DNA from: Diadema antillarum
Taxonomy: Eukaryota
DNA length: 64,000 nt
Reading direction: 5' to 3'
Assembly: GCF_040938485.1 (NCBI RefSeq)
Contig: NW_027270940.1
Span: 992,001 to 1,056,000, forward strand
This document shows, in pieces, positions 26,222-37,676 of the stretch. Position 1 is the first letter of the stretch. Every line of letters starts with the position of its first letter. A model generated the notes under the pieces. The model was not told the origin of the DNA and did not search any database. It saw nothing but the letters and a program-made list of their open reading frames with translations. The position numbers were made by a program, and so were the translations under genes.

Positions 26222-26525
26222 CTAATGTTGAGGGATGTGTGCAAACGTGACATGAATGTGCGCAAAACTGGCCATGATATTTTGGGAAAAAGCAGCTGTT
26301 GACGACCTTGCCTGCTCAAATCCTTGACAATACTTGCTTCAAATGGTGCAAGAATCAGAGAAGTGGAAGAGGAGAGGAGTTAGCAGGCAGGAGAGAAAAA
26401 AAAACACGCCGTAAACACCGAGTGGATAGACTCTGCTTCTTCCCTTCGTCTTACTTCGTCAGCAGAAACTACAACTAAAGACCCATTCCAGATTTAAGTT
26501 ACACAGCAACAACAGGTGTTCTTCG
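26222..26525 (+). mobile_element. RTE-clade LINE 3' fragment
   Basis: Remnants RDVCKRDM, WEKAAVD and a decayed C-terminal CCHH-like segment typical of RTE ORF ends. Confidence 0.6.
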
Positions 26526-26941
26526 AAACCCTTGGAAAAACCTCACCTGGCGCATCAGCCATTGCCCTCTAGGACTGCCATGCCGAAAGAAGAAAAAACA
26601 ACAAACACACAAGCAAAACGGGAAAACCGAGCGAACCCGCAAATAATCATTAGCTCTATTTCGCATATGTATTATATTTGATGTTTGTAGGCGGCATGAC
26701 TACCACCTGACTACTTAAAATTCTGTAATGCCTTTATGAAATACTTTAGTAATACTTCGATTTCCTTTACTTGTCTTACCAGAGGACATCCAGGAATTCT
26801 GTAAAGGGGAAGGGGGCGCAAATATACTTCTGGTGCCACTTACTGCGCCCCTTTCATTTATTTATTTTGATTTCTTTTGTTTTAACACCCCTCCCCCTAT
26901 CCACCACTGCTTACTAATGCAACCATTACCAAAAGACTTAC

Positions 26942-27103
26942 CTGACAGGTTGAAGACTCCTCAGTGAGGATCTTGTAGAAGTCCATGTGAAATCTGCAGT
27001 CATTTAGTGTTACTTTATGCAGCACACAGCTGGAACATATACCCTTCGCCAATTCACGCGAAAGAGTTTGTCCACATTTCGTTCCGTCAAGACGTAATGA
27101 TTT
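26942..27103 (-). CDS. NLR LRR-like exon 1 (54 codons, phase 0-0); absent from the ORF track
   Basis: ctcccgttag acceptor; KSLRLDGTKCGQTLSRELAKGICSSCVLHKVTLNDCRFHMDFYKILTEESSTCQ; GTAAGT donor. Confidence 0.87.
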
Positions 27104-27221
27104 CTAACGGGAGCAAGCATTTTTTGATAATCGTAAAAAGTAAGAATTACCATAGACCGATGTGGGGAAGTAAATGAGTGCTTATTCAATTTTCAATCGT
27201 ATTTACTAATCATTTCTTTAA

Positions 27222-27773
27222 AGGTAGGGAATCCCATTTGCATGCCTTAAATAAAGAGTTGTATAAATACAGTGGTATGTTGAAGATAGTATCATTTTAG
27301 AAACTCCCATAAAGTATTGAAAGTGGAAGGTAACATTTAGTACATTTTTATTGACCGTTAGATTTTGATTTGAATTTTTTTCGGGGCTCACCGTAAATTC
27401 CAGTACATTACTAGGCTACCTTTGCAGACCCATGCACTGCATGTGTGTCCATCATGTATATTTTGTGAAGAAAGTTCATCAAAACTGACAAACATTTCTA
27501 TATTCATTCTTTCCACACACTCTATGTGTTATTACATCAGCTCTTATACTTTTAGATTTGTGTTTATATATAAAAAATACAGAAGACTGCAACAAAAAGG
27601 CTTAAGTGTGGCTGACACACAGAACTACTGAGTAGTTGAGTTTTGTGCATTATTCAAATTGTAGATAACTGTTGACTTCCAAATTTCTCAGCAGTGGCCT
27701 AAACAAGTCCCCTGAGGTTCATATTTAATGTTTTGCTGCATTTTGGGAGGTCTGTAAAAGGTATCCCCTACCT
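27222..27773. mobile_element. Kolobok-like MITE, 552 bp
   Basis: ttaa AGGTAGGGAATCCC ... GGTATCCCCTACCT ttaa. Confidence 0.72.
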
Positions 27774-28913
27774 TTAAGATATTCTATATTTTTTAAGCAA
27801 AGGAGACTTTTTTGTGTCATGATCCTGATAAATACTCAGTTACATATATAAACCTTTAAAGGACACTTTTAAACAAATATACACTTTTGAATTTGAATCT
27901 CTTCAACTTTTCTTTTTTTTATATACAAAGTTTAAGAATTCATAGTGATAAATGTGAGGAATAAGAATTTTGTTTTCGAAATTCATAAATTACCAGAAAC
28001 AAAGATGATGACATCACAGCTTCACATAATAATGCATGATTATTTGGGTGTTCTGCCGGAAAACAGAACAAAACAAGAAAGCATGCATGAATTCTACTCA
28101 GATGAACCTGTTAAGCACGTGGTATTATTGTAAAGGAATGGTCATGGGGCTACTAAACAGTAGCTCCCAAGGACAGACATTGCAACATTAACAGAATATG
28201 AGACACTCCTATGTCGTTCTATGTTCTGTGTATAATGTTTTTTGGTTTTTCAGGGTACATGTGTAGTCCATTTGAAACAATATTTTCTCCATGTCCACTT
28301 TTGACATAACACTTGGCAACTTTCAAATCCTGACCAACAACCAAGCTGGAGCAAAAGCTCTTCAAATGTTTTTTTTCTTTGTTTGTTTGTTTATGCTTTA
28401 TTGTAATCGTACATCTCCGTCTACGCACATTATATATATATATAGTTGTAAGTTTTCCAGGCGTGTAATACCATGTTCAGCAGACAAAAAAGTGCTTAAG
28501 CTCATGAACGTTTGCTAGCACATTTCTTCTCTTGCTAGCATTGAATTTATAAGACGATAAATTAAAAAAAAATGGGAGGGGTCATTTTTCCTGGGATGGA
28601 TTATTGTCCGAAATGAGATTGACTGTGGCTAATCATATCAAGGGTTTATTGCCCAGTAAGGTAATTGTTGACACCACAAGCTGACAGGGCAATCTTGAAA
28701 CGACGGTCACGGTATTACCCCAGAATCATGTTAAAGAAAGTTCTACAAGTAGTGGCAGTGAAATAATCTCATGCAGCTATAGGACTTTTGAAATAGACAA
28801 AATTCAACCGTTGTAAAGAAGTTTAGAAGTAGACATAATTGGCAATAAATCACGGTAACTCCGTGACCTGACCTTAGTCCTATATTTTGTCCAAGGGGGA
28901 ATTGAACTGTTTA

Positions 28914-28950
<37 letters not shown>

Positions 28951-28955
<5 letters not shown>

Positions 28956-29284
28956 CACGTCACGAGACCGACACCCACGAGTCATACAGCCCACAAGTCA
29001 TACAGCCCGCGGCAGGAGTCATATACAGCTCACAAGTCATACAGCCCATGAGTTCGACACTATTAAAAGCCAACAAGGCCCACGAGACCGACACATTACG
29101 TGCCTAGTTGTATCTGTCGAACTCGTGGGCTGATTTTACCTAGTGTCGAACTCATGGGCTTTATTTACCTAGTGTCGAACCCATGGGCTGTATGACTCGT
29201 GAGCTGTATGAATCATTGACCTGTTTTCAATGTCGAACTCGTGGGCTGTGTGACTCGTGGGTGTCGGTCTAGTGGGATGACCCC
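28951..29284. mobile_element. Foldback MITE inserted in a (TG)n tract
   Basis: Arms CAC(G/T)AGACCGACACCCACGAGTCA / TGACTCGTGGGTGTCGGTCTAGTG; internal AGTCATACAGCCCA and TGTCGAACTCGTGGGCT repeats. Confidence 0.75.
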
Positions 29285-29502
29285 GTGTGTGTGGGAGGTG
29301 TAGTTGTCTGTTGCCCTATTGGGAATTGTCGTGGGGTAATTATCCGGGGTTTAATTGTCCTAGGGGGAAGTGCCCTACCATGGAGGACAGTTGCCCTATT
29401 AGGGAGGTTGTCCGGGGGTATTTGTTCTAGACGCGTAAATAGCCATCCTACATACTTTTTATGTCACTTTCAAATCGACATGTATAAATCTGTATAACTC
29501 AC

Positions 29503-31004
29503 CACTTGATTACAGTGTACCATAAACGTAATTCCTGGCTTTGTATGTTCTGATGTTCCATGTGATATTTCGTATTATTCCCATTGTTTCCCCACTACTC
29601 TGGCTGCCTCCTCAGTGTTACATTCGAATGCAACGTCAACGCAGTAATCCTGGTCAGAGCATTCCAGCAAGCTGTCAATGATATCAAGACAGAGCTCATT
29701 CCCTAAAGCTGATGTAAAATAGAGTATGTAACGGAACTCTTCGTATCGACTGAGAAGTGTTTTCTTCAGGTCATTGTACTTGGCGCCATCATTGGCAAAT
29801 AAATGTTCGATGTATTTCCCTGCAGCATATTCTTGAAATAATTTGTGGGAGAAAGAAACCATTGGCACAACGAAGCATGTAACGTCAACATCTCTTTCTA
29901 CTGCCAAAACTCCGACTCTGCAACAGGTTTCCATGGCATCTCGACATTCTTTGAATTGTTCTTCGCGAAATGAATGTTTTCTGTCCAATAAGCCGTTCAG
30001 TGCTATCCAACTTATATCTTGAATTGCCATATCAGCTTCCTTCAAATGTTCCGTAGAGTTCTGGGTTTGTCGATTTCCGCATACTTCTGACGCGTAGTGT
30101 TCTTTCAGAAAAGAAATAATTTCTTCAAAAACCTGGGAAATAGTTTCTGATTTTTTAATTTCTTCCCGTCTCGCTTCACTCAATTCACTCCACATGAGGC
30201 AAAATGTGGCACAGTAGATCGGATACGGGGCCATTTCCAGCCAAACAATATCATTTTCTTCCATGAAAGTGATCAAGTTTTCTCCAAGAGTGACCATCTC
30301 TCCTGCTCCGTGAGTTCGAAAGTATCTATTTATATGTTCTGATAAATCCTTCCTGTCGAATCCCTCGATGCCAATTAATGTGTAAGCTATAGTATGAGCG
30401 ATATCCTCCAAGAATTCAATCGCTCTCCATGATCTTGTGGTCACAATTACCTTGCATGACATATATTGTTCTGATCTTAGAATGCAAATAACCTCACTGC
30501 CACATAGTTCCCCGTTATACTCATCGAAACCATCAAACACGAGGAGAATTTTATTTTGATTTACTGAGATGTACTTTTCTATCTGGATTGTTGTTGCTGT
30601 ATTTGAATCAGATAGGTATGATTTTATGATGTCACTTATACTTTTGCCGTTAGTGACATCACTAATAGAAACTAGGACCACCATGTCCAGATCCTGGAGA
30701 ATCCTACCCTGGCACCAATCCCAGGCAATCTTGGAGCAGAGTGTTGTTTTCCCGACACCTTCCTCACCCACTATCAGGGGGCGCTTTGAAACGTTGGTCA
30801 ATAGATCGCCGTACGTTGTTGTTGTAGACTTCCTTCCGTCCGTTATACTCAAATTGGGATTTATTTCGTCCATTTCAGCACATTCCAAAAAGTTGAGTGG
30901 AGCGAAAGGAATCTTGCTTCTTGACGTACGGTAATGCTCCTTCAGCTCTTCTTGGCAGCGCTGTACTTGTTCCTTTGTAAGCCAAACTGAGCTACGTGGT
31001 GACC
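29503..31004 (-). CDS. NLR NACHT exon (1502 bp, phase 1-0) with in-frame TAA at 29577-29575
   Basis: ccctttcaag acceptor; Walker A GEEGVGKTT, Walker B ILLVFDGFDE, sensor-1 VIVTTR, winged-helix FSHKLFQEYAAG; 24 further sense codons follow the stop up to a GTGAGT donor. Confidence 0.93.
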
Positions 31005-31794
31005 CTTGAAAGGGAAGAAAACCAAAGAGAATAAAATGAATACTAGAGAGAGAGAGAGAGAGAGAGAGATAGCAAGAGTAAGAAGGTATCTACTCAATAT
31101 TATATCATTGTTGTTATACTCTCATTCGTTGTGGCAATAAAGATATTTACAGGAATTCTTTGTTAACAAATGTGACCATTTTCCATTTTTTTCATTTTTG
31201 TGTGTGGAGGTTTTAAGTTGCAGTCTTGTATTATTACCTTAGAGAATGACGCTAATTTAGGCCTATGTTTATGTAAGTACAAAGTATGATATTGCCTTTT
31301 CATCCCATCTATTTTCCTATACGACTCCATGCTTAATTCACTAGTGGCTGTAAAAGTGCAATTTTATGTACAGATTTTGACACAGTTGATGGGGTGTGGG
31401 ATAGACGACCTGGGAGTCATGATAATAAAGTTTACCTTTTCTTGCCCCTGGCAGCCCTGTTTTCTATGTCACAATCTAGGTGCTTTGACTCTGTGTTATA
31501 ATTTATTTCATCTTTTTTATGCTGAATCAAATTTGTTTTGTGTTTTTCTATGTATGCATGTACATGTCTGAAATGCCGAATAGTGATAATTTATCTTATC
31601 TTTCATAATTATGCTTAATCGTTTTTGTGTGTGTGTATTTCTATGTATACATGTCTGAAATGGAGAATAATAATAATAATGAAGAAAAATAATAGTAATG
31701 AGCAGTGTGCCTATCACTAACATTTATCATACTTAATTTTCTTGATGGCTGTGTGATGTCAATGGTAAAGGCAAAATAGCTCACTTTCCATTAA

Positions 31795-32768
31795 CCCTAT
31801 TAAGCCCAAGCTATTTTGACCTCTCGCAGGCCCAAGGGGGGGGGGGGGGGGGGCATTGTGCCCCCCCTATATAACTTTGTTATTATTTGATATATCTATG
31901 TCATATTTTGCACGTAGGGGGAGGAACGCATACTCTTACATGACCTTACATTTGAATTTTTACAAATTCACCAGTGGAGGGCGTTTTTTAACAATATATA
32001 TAAAATACATAGGAAATATGCTAAAAACATGATTTTTCTGTATAATTTCTTTATCCCCATAATATGTCTTATTATAAACCAAACATTTTCATATTTGCCA
32101 TAAATGATTAGCAAGTGGAATTTTATTATTTGTTATGGTTGAAATTTCTCAAGGTCACCACATGGGGCGCTTTTCATATCAACGCAGTGATACATTATGA
32201 GACCTGAGATGAAATGTTTGGGATGGGTACATGTATAGTTATGACATTTCATATTTGCATAATACTGGAATTTTGAGATTGCAAATTGATAATTATGATA
32301 AACTTATGATATTAGAGGCATAACTTGGGTGAAGGAATCAAAATAGGCCTAACTCAAAAAATAAGGGCAATCTTTAGAAAATATTATTGTTTTCAATTAT
32401 CTCTATTATATCTATTGTTTTATGCCTATGTCACTTAAAAAACAAAGGAAATGATAAGGCCATAATTACTCCAGGACCATAATTACTTCAAATTTTGCTC
32501 CTTCAACAAATTTCAGCCAAGAAACACCCATTTCATACACTGTAATGCTGTTAAATGAATTGGGAACAGAAAAAAGATGCAAAATCTGACTGACATGGTT
32601 GTCAGTTTATGGTTGCCATGGCAACCAGCAACATCAAATATAGCTAAATTATACATCAAAATGTTTGCAATTAGATTTTAGGAAAATCGGATTAAGGGCG
32701 AAGGAGTGGCAAACGAAAAGCTGGTAGGGGGCACAATGTGCCCCCTTGGCCTTTATACATTTGTAGGG
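31795..32768. mobile_element. Non-autonomous piggyBac-like element, 974 bp
   Basis: ttaa CCCTA ... TAGGG ttaa; subterminal inverted GGCA(CA)TTGTGCCCCC motifs; long G run. Confidence 0.72.
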
Positions 32769-33724
32769 TTAAAGAACTACATTATGAACAGAAGAAATAT
32801 GTATACCGTAAATAACTAATGATAGTGGTGCACAGTAACATGCTAGAGAAGTTAGAGATTTAATTGTACAGTATTTCCAGCCAAAAATATATTATTTTCT
32901 GAGACAATTTAGAAACAAATAATTAATGCTTTAAACATTTTATTTCATATCATTTAAAAGCCTAGGATACGGGGGAGAGGGGGAAATCAATTTATTTATC
33001 ACGAGATTGAGCACATAGACTTGAATCTTCACAATTCAGTACGTTGGGGTTATTATTGCGTTCAAGATACTGAAAAGTACATTACATACAAATTTTACCT
33101 TTTGATAATGTTTTTGGCGAAAGAAAGACACCAAACAATTAAAAGACAATTACCATGTTCAACTCTTTATCCACGGGAATCTGGATTACCCATCTATGCA
33201 ATGACTAAATTTCAACATTCTGAATGGATTGAGTTTTGACCAATCCCCTTGGATTGGAAATATTACAGCCTCTCCCGACAATAATGTGGATGATGTATTT
33301 ACGTATACAGTATATCCGTTTACTACAAAGAAACTGGGAATGGTTCTTACTAGGTTACTACTCCTTTCATTTCTGTCTCATAAAAACAGAAGGAGAGTTA
33401 GAGAGACTGAGAAAAAGATATCGGCATTTTCGAGCTTCATTGGTAAATATTACACATAATTTGCCTTCAAGAAAACAAAGGAATAGTAGGAGAATATTTA
33501 CTTGTATTTTTTAGTTAAAAAATGCGTGAGATATAAGTGAGTATGCTGAATTCTCGTAGGAAAACAACAAAATAAGGAGGAAAACTAGGTATTTCTTGGC
33601 ATGCGTATTCTTGGACTTGAACAGCGCCAAACTCTATATATTGCATCACATCTAATAATGAATTAGCAAGAAAGAGCATTAGCAAGGATTATGATGAGCA
33701 TGATTGCATTTTTTTTTCTTATAC

Positions 33725-33799
33725 TCATCATTAATTCTTCTTCCTCATGAAGTTGCTCTGGTTCGTGTGGTCTCCAACAGCATGGATTCCAACCACATC
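33725..33799 (-). CDS. NLR 75-bp cytoplasmic juxtamembrane exon (phase 1-1)
   Basis: atatttcacag acceptor; GCGWNPCCWRPHEPEQLHEEEELMM; donor GTATAA keeps frame with the NACHT exon. Confidence 0.72.
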
Positions 33800-34205
33800 C
33801 TGTGAAATATACCAACAACATCGGCAAACAAAATTAGTATTGACAATCGTTTTGCAATGACATCCATTGAAATAGATCATTTTGAAAGTTATTGTAGTTT
33901 CAAAGACTTTTTCTCATTTAACATTTTCACATATTCGATTTCTTGTTTTTTGTTAAACCTGCTTTATTATACTATTAAGCAGATCTGGTAGATCATTACA
34001 ATTCCCATCTTACAACGGTGATTATTTAAAGCATAGATTATAATATTTTACCGTATTTTTACCGTATAACCTACTCCTTTTCACGGATTTTGTGTGAAAG
34101 CAGATAGATTCTTATTCACTACAGGTGGTTTGCAATGACACCCTCACCCCCCCCCCAAAAAAAGAAAATGAATAAATGATCTAGCTAGTAAAAGAAAATC
34201 GCCAC

Positions 34206-34331
34206 CTTTTCTTGGTAGGTATTCCGGATGATATTTTTGCAGGCACTTTCCAACAAGGAGAGATAGGATGGCTAGGGCAACAGGAATGCCAATGACTAGT
34301 CCAATGATGAGACCCAAATTACCACGTTTTC
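34206..34331 (-). CDS. NLR transmembrane exon (126 bp, phase 1-1); absent from the ORF track
   Basis: tttttttttcag acceptor; GKRGNLGLIIGLVIGIPVALAILSLLVGKCLQKYHPEYLPRK, a hydrophobic helix followed by basic residues; GTGGCG donor. Confidence 0.87.
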
Positions 34332-34410
34332 CTGAAAAAAAAAATCGATAGAGAAACAGATGAAAAAGTTTATATTCGTTGTATCCTAGATTTCGAAAAA
34401 TAATGGGAAG

Positions 34411-34412
<2 letters not shown>

Positions 34413-34448
<36 letters not shown>

Positions 34449-34758
34449 CCTAGTTGTCATGCTTCCTTTTAGTGCCAAAGAAATGATAGATTCCATAGGG
34501 AGAACCATTTTACACATGTTGACGAAATTACATTATTCAGATAAAACACTGCAGACAGTTTAAGGTTTGTGTTTTTGTTTCGTATTTGTTTGAATTCTAT
34601 TCTCTCTAAATTATCTAATCGTTAGCTTGATTAAAACGCTTCTCGTACGCATATATTTAAGTGGTAAAATGAACATGTGTGTGGTAATTTTAGGTCACTC
34701 AAAAATAATAGATCAATCGCCAGATCATGACAAGTCTTGATCTTAGAACTGATATATA

Positions 34759-34836
<78 letters not shown>
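34413..34836. repeat. Two (TA)n microsatellites (34413-34446, about 34756-34836)
   Basis: Directly visible; explain the IYIYIY ORFs. Confidence 0.9.
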
Positions 34837-34839
<3 letters not shown>

Positions 34840-34893
34840 CACTTGTTATCCCTTTGTCATTTAGAAACACGAAAATAACAAAGTTTCACAAAC

Positions 34894-35244
34894 CTGGTAT
34901 AGGCCGGACGGTGATTTCTACTGTCGACGCTCCATTCATTAACGAGTCACCGATAGCTATACACGTAAAGGTTTCCTCCGTCCCATGTAGGCCTAAATCT
35001 GAAACAGATATCATCTCAAACCTCTCGTATGAGTCGTCAGGTAGTGTTGTCTGCTGAGAGCTCAAGGACTCTAGTTTCTTTCCCGACTCCTCAGTCCACA
35101 GCATAGAGATGTTAGGCTTGAATCCACTCACGACACAGGTAAGATTGAAGGTAGGGGTGTTGGAGGGAGTTTGGTACGTACACCGCCTTTGATGTGACTG
35201 ACTTGTATCGTCGCATTCCTTGATTGCATGTTTTGATGCCATCG
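34894..35244 (-). CDS. NLR Ig domain 2 exon (351 bp, phase 1-1)
   Basis: tttcttgtttcctaag acceptor; FNLTCVVSGFKPNISMLW ... FTCIA; GTTTGT donor; N-x-S/T sites NLT and NIS. Confidence 0.9.
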
Positions 35245-35871
35245 CTTAGGAAACAAGAAAGTTTTGTTTAAAATTATACATTTTTTTAAACATTGAACAC
35301 TAAAACTTTACTAGAAAATTTCTAAACCATTTTCAAGGATATATTCATCTTATTCGTACCAGTTACCGGCATTTATTTTATATGTGATGGTTTGCTTTAT
35401 CGTTTATGTTGAAAATGAGACTAGAAGGTGAAATATTCCCAGGATATATATATACATAAATGTATAAAGTGAAGTATTTTCATTACAGAATGACGACTGT
35501 GTCATGCCATGATCTCCACGATCACTTGATTTGTTGGTGATATCAAGATTTTAACACCATCACAGTTACTTCTGAAAATTGCTTCAGTTAAGAGGTTTAC
35601 CATTTTGATTCCAGAAATGCGTTTCCTGCTTCTGGTATATGTTTATATGGCAGCGTCTTGTCCATAAAAGTTTTTTTAATGCTTTATGATTATCTCCCCT
35701 TTATTGTCGTATTCATTATTTTGTTGTAATATGTTTTATCATGCCGACTTCAAAAATGTTGTTAATATGATATAGAAATTCATGATCCTCAAAAAAAAAA
35801 ATGTATTTTACGAAAATTATTAATTCTTCGCACAATTTAGAGTACTTGATAAATAATATTATTTTCATTGA

Positions 35872-36032
35872 CGGTCAATTTTGGTACGAAATCAGTCATT
35901 TCGTCAAAATGGCCACTTCGTCACAAGATTAGTCATGTCGTAGTTAAATGATCGATTTCGTCACGAAATCGGTCATTTTATCGATGAAATAAATGACTTT
36001 GTGACATCTTTTTGTAACGAAATCGACCGTGT
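35872..36032. repeat. Decayed foldback repeat (ACGGTC(A/G)ATTT / AAATCGACCGT)
   Basis: Imperfect inverted ends and internal ATTTCGTCA repeats. Confidence 0.45.
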
Positions 36033-36142
36033 GACACTTAGCGCCCCATAGCCGCTGCGGTTATCCGTAAAATTTAACTTCTCTTCTAGATTAAGGATCA
36101 CCATCTAACATAACTATAAATAAACACGTGAATGTGACTTAC

Positions 36143-36442
36143 AGTTGACTGTCATGAAGACGGAGTTGTCAAAGTTTTCAAAATCGTTCAGCGTCACCTG
36201 GCAGTAGTAGAGACCTTCATCTGCTACCTTCAAATCGTTGATCACGAGGCTGAAATTTTTGTCGATGTCGAACCGTTCCTCCACGCCCTTGAAGTTTCCT
36301 TCCACGAATGTAGCCTTGGTCGTCCTCGGCTGATCATCGGAGATGCTCTCCTTGACCCAGAACACAGCTTCAGGCTCCTCCTGGATACCACAACTCAGTC
36401 GGATGTCTTCTCCTTTCCATCCCTGAAAGGTAGAGGCAGTAC
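36143..36442 (-). CDS. NLR V-type Ig domain exon (300 bp, phase 1-1)
   Basis: IRLSC...VFW...FSLVINDLKVADEGLYYC (canonical V-set DxGxYxC); AG acceptor and GTAAGT donor. Confidence 0.92.
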
Positions 36443-37214
36443 CTACCATTGATCATAAACAATGGAAAAGTGAGTAGATGTATAGTTCAAGTTTGGTAGG
36501 AACTTTTGTGGAGAGAATTTTACTTGAGGGAAGTGATTCCCACGATATGTCAAGGGACTGGCCTGCAGAATATTTATATAATATTGACTGGCCCTGAGGG
36601 AGGTACCAGAAAATATTGCCCAAACTGAAAGCATATTACCCGAGTCGAAGACGAGGGCAATATGTTTTCAGTGCGGGCAATATCTATCTGGTACCTCCCG
36701 AAAGAAAGGCCAGTCAATATCATAATTATTACCTATCCCCTAGGTTAATTAAGAAAATATGTGAATACGGCTATACACTATGATACAGATCAAGCCACAT
36801 TTGATTACCTGTAGACCATCAACATGTTGAATAATTACAAAATTGTTCATCAATGTATATCATTCAACTCCAACTTCAAAGATAGATATGTAGTTGTAAC
36901 AGGCAAACTTCAAACATCTGAATGCTCTTACACTTTATCTTTACTTCTCTGTTTAAAGTTGGAGAGTTGTAAAACTACATGGTCACTGCGCAATTCGGAG
37001 CACAAATGGACTAGTCATTGTTTGACGCCTAGTGCTGCTGTAAGTGGTCGACCTTGTATGAGTTGATTTATCAGCGTTCTTCTGCGGTGCATGTAACTGA
37101 CACCCTGGACGACCTGGAATGTTTTTTTTTTTGTGGTCGATCGGAATGTTTACGTTTAAAGCAGGGAGGTGGGGAGAGAGATTCCACTCTTTCTCTTCCC
37201 ACCTCCCAGTTTTA

Positions 37215-37400
37215 CAGTGCACTCCTATTATAACGGCCACGGTTATAACAAAATTCTGGTTATAACGAAGTAAATATTTGGGCTGCAATGTCATCCACTA
37301 TATGTATTTCTATTGTTTATTTGTTCAGTTATAACAGCATTCCGATCTAACAAAAGAAAACCGCCGGTCCCGAGGATTTCGTTATAACAGGAGTCCACTG
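37215..37400. mobile_element. 186-bp Tc1/pogo-type MITE with TA TSD (duplicated copy 38143-38328)
   Basis: ta CAGTGCACTCCTATTATAAC ... GTTATAACAGGAGTCCACTG ta. Confidence 0.82.
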
Positions 37401-37504
37401 TATGAGTAAAACCCCCGGATGCTCGTGATATGCTCTAATATCGCCTGCTGAACTCCCGACCCTGCAAAATACCAACTGTAATTGCCTCGCAAAACTACCT
37501 CGTA

Positions 37505-37676
37505 TAGGTAATAATTATATGATATTGACTGGCCCTGAGGGAGGTACCAGAAAATCTTGCCCAAACTGAAAGCATATTGCCCGAGTCGAAGACGAGGGCA
37601 ATATGTTTTCAGTGCGGGCAATATTAATCTGGTACCTCCCGAAAGAAAGGCCAGTCAATATCATAATTATTACCTA
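37505..37676. mobile_element. 172-bp foldback with central GTC-GAA-GAC hairpin (second copy 36569-36735)
   Basis: Arms TAGGTAATAATTATATGATATTGACTGGCC / GGCCAGTCAATATCATAATTATTACCTA; centre CCCGAGTCGAAGACGAGGG. Confidence 0.75.

Noticed and set aside
28620-28900. Possible lost LRR exon (SLPLLVELSL...CCCTGTCAG)
   Set aside because: In-frame stops and no GT after the CAG; another frame (DRRFKI) fits a decayed RT equally well. Unresolved without a search.
30569-30934. 121-aa plus-strand ORF
   Set aside because: Antisense shadow of the NACHT exon.
34450-34465. 16-bp AG/GT-bounded micro-exon between the Ig2 and TM exons
   Set aside because: Length is not a multiple of 3 and there is no polypyrimidine tract; the flanking exons already join in frame.
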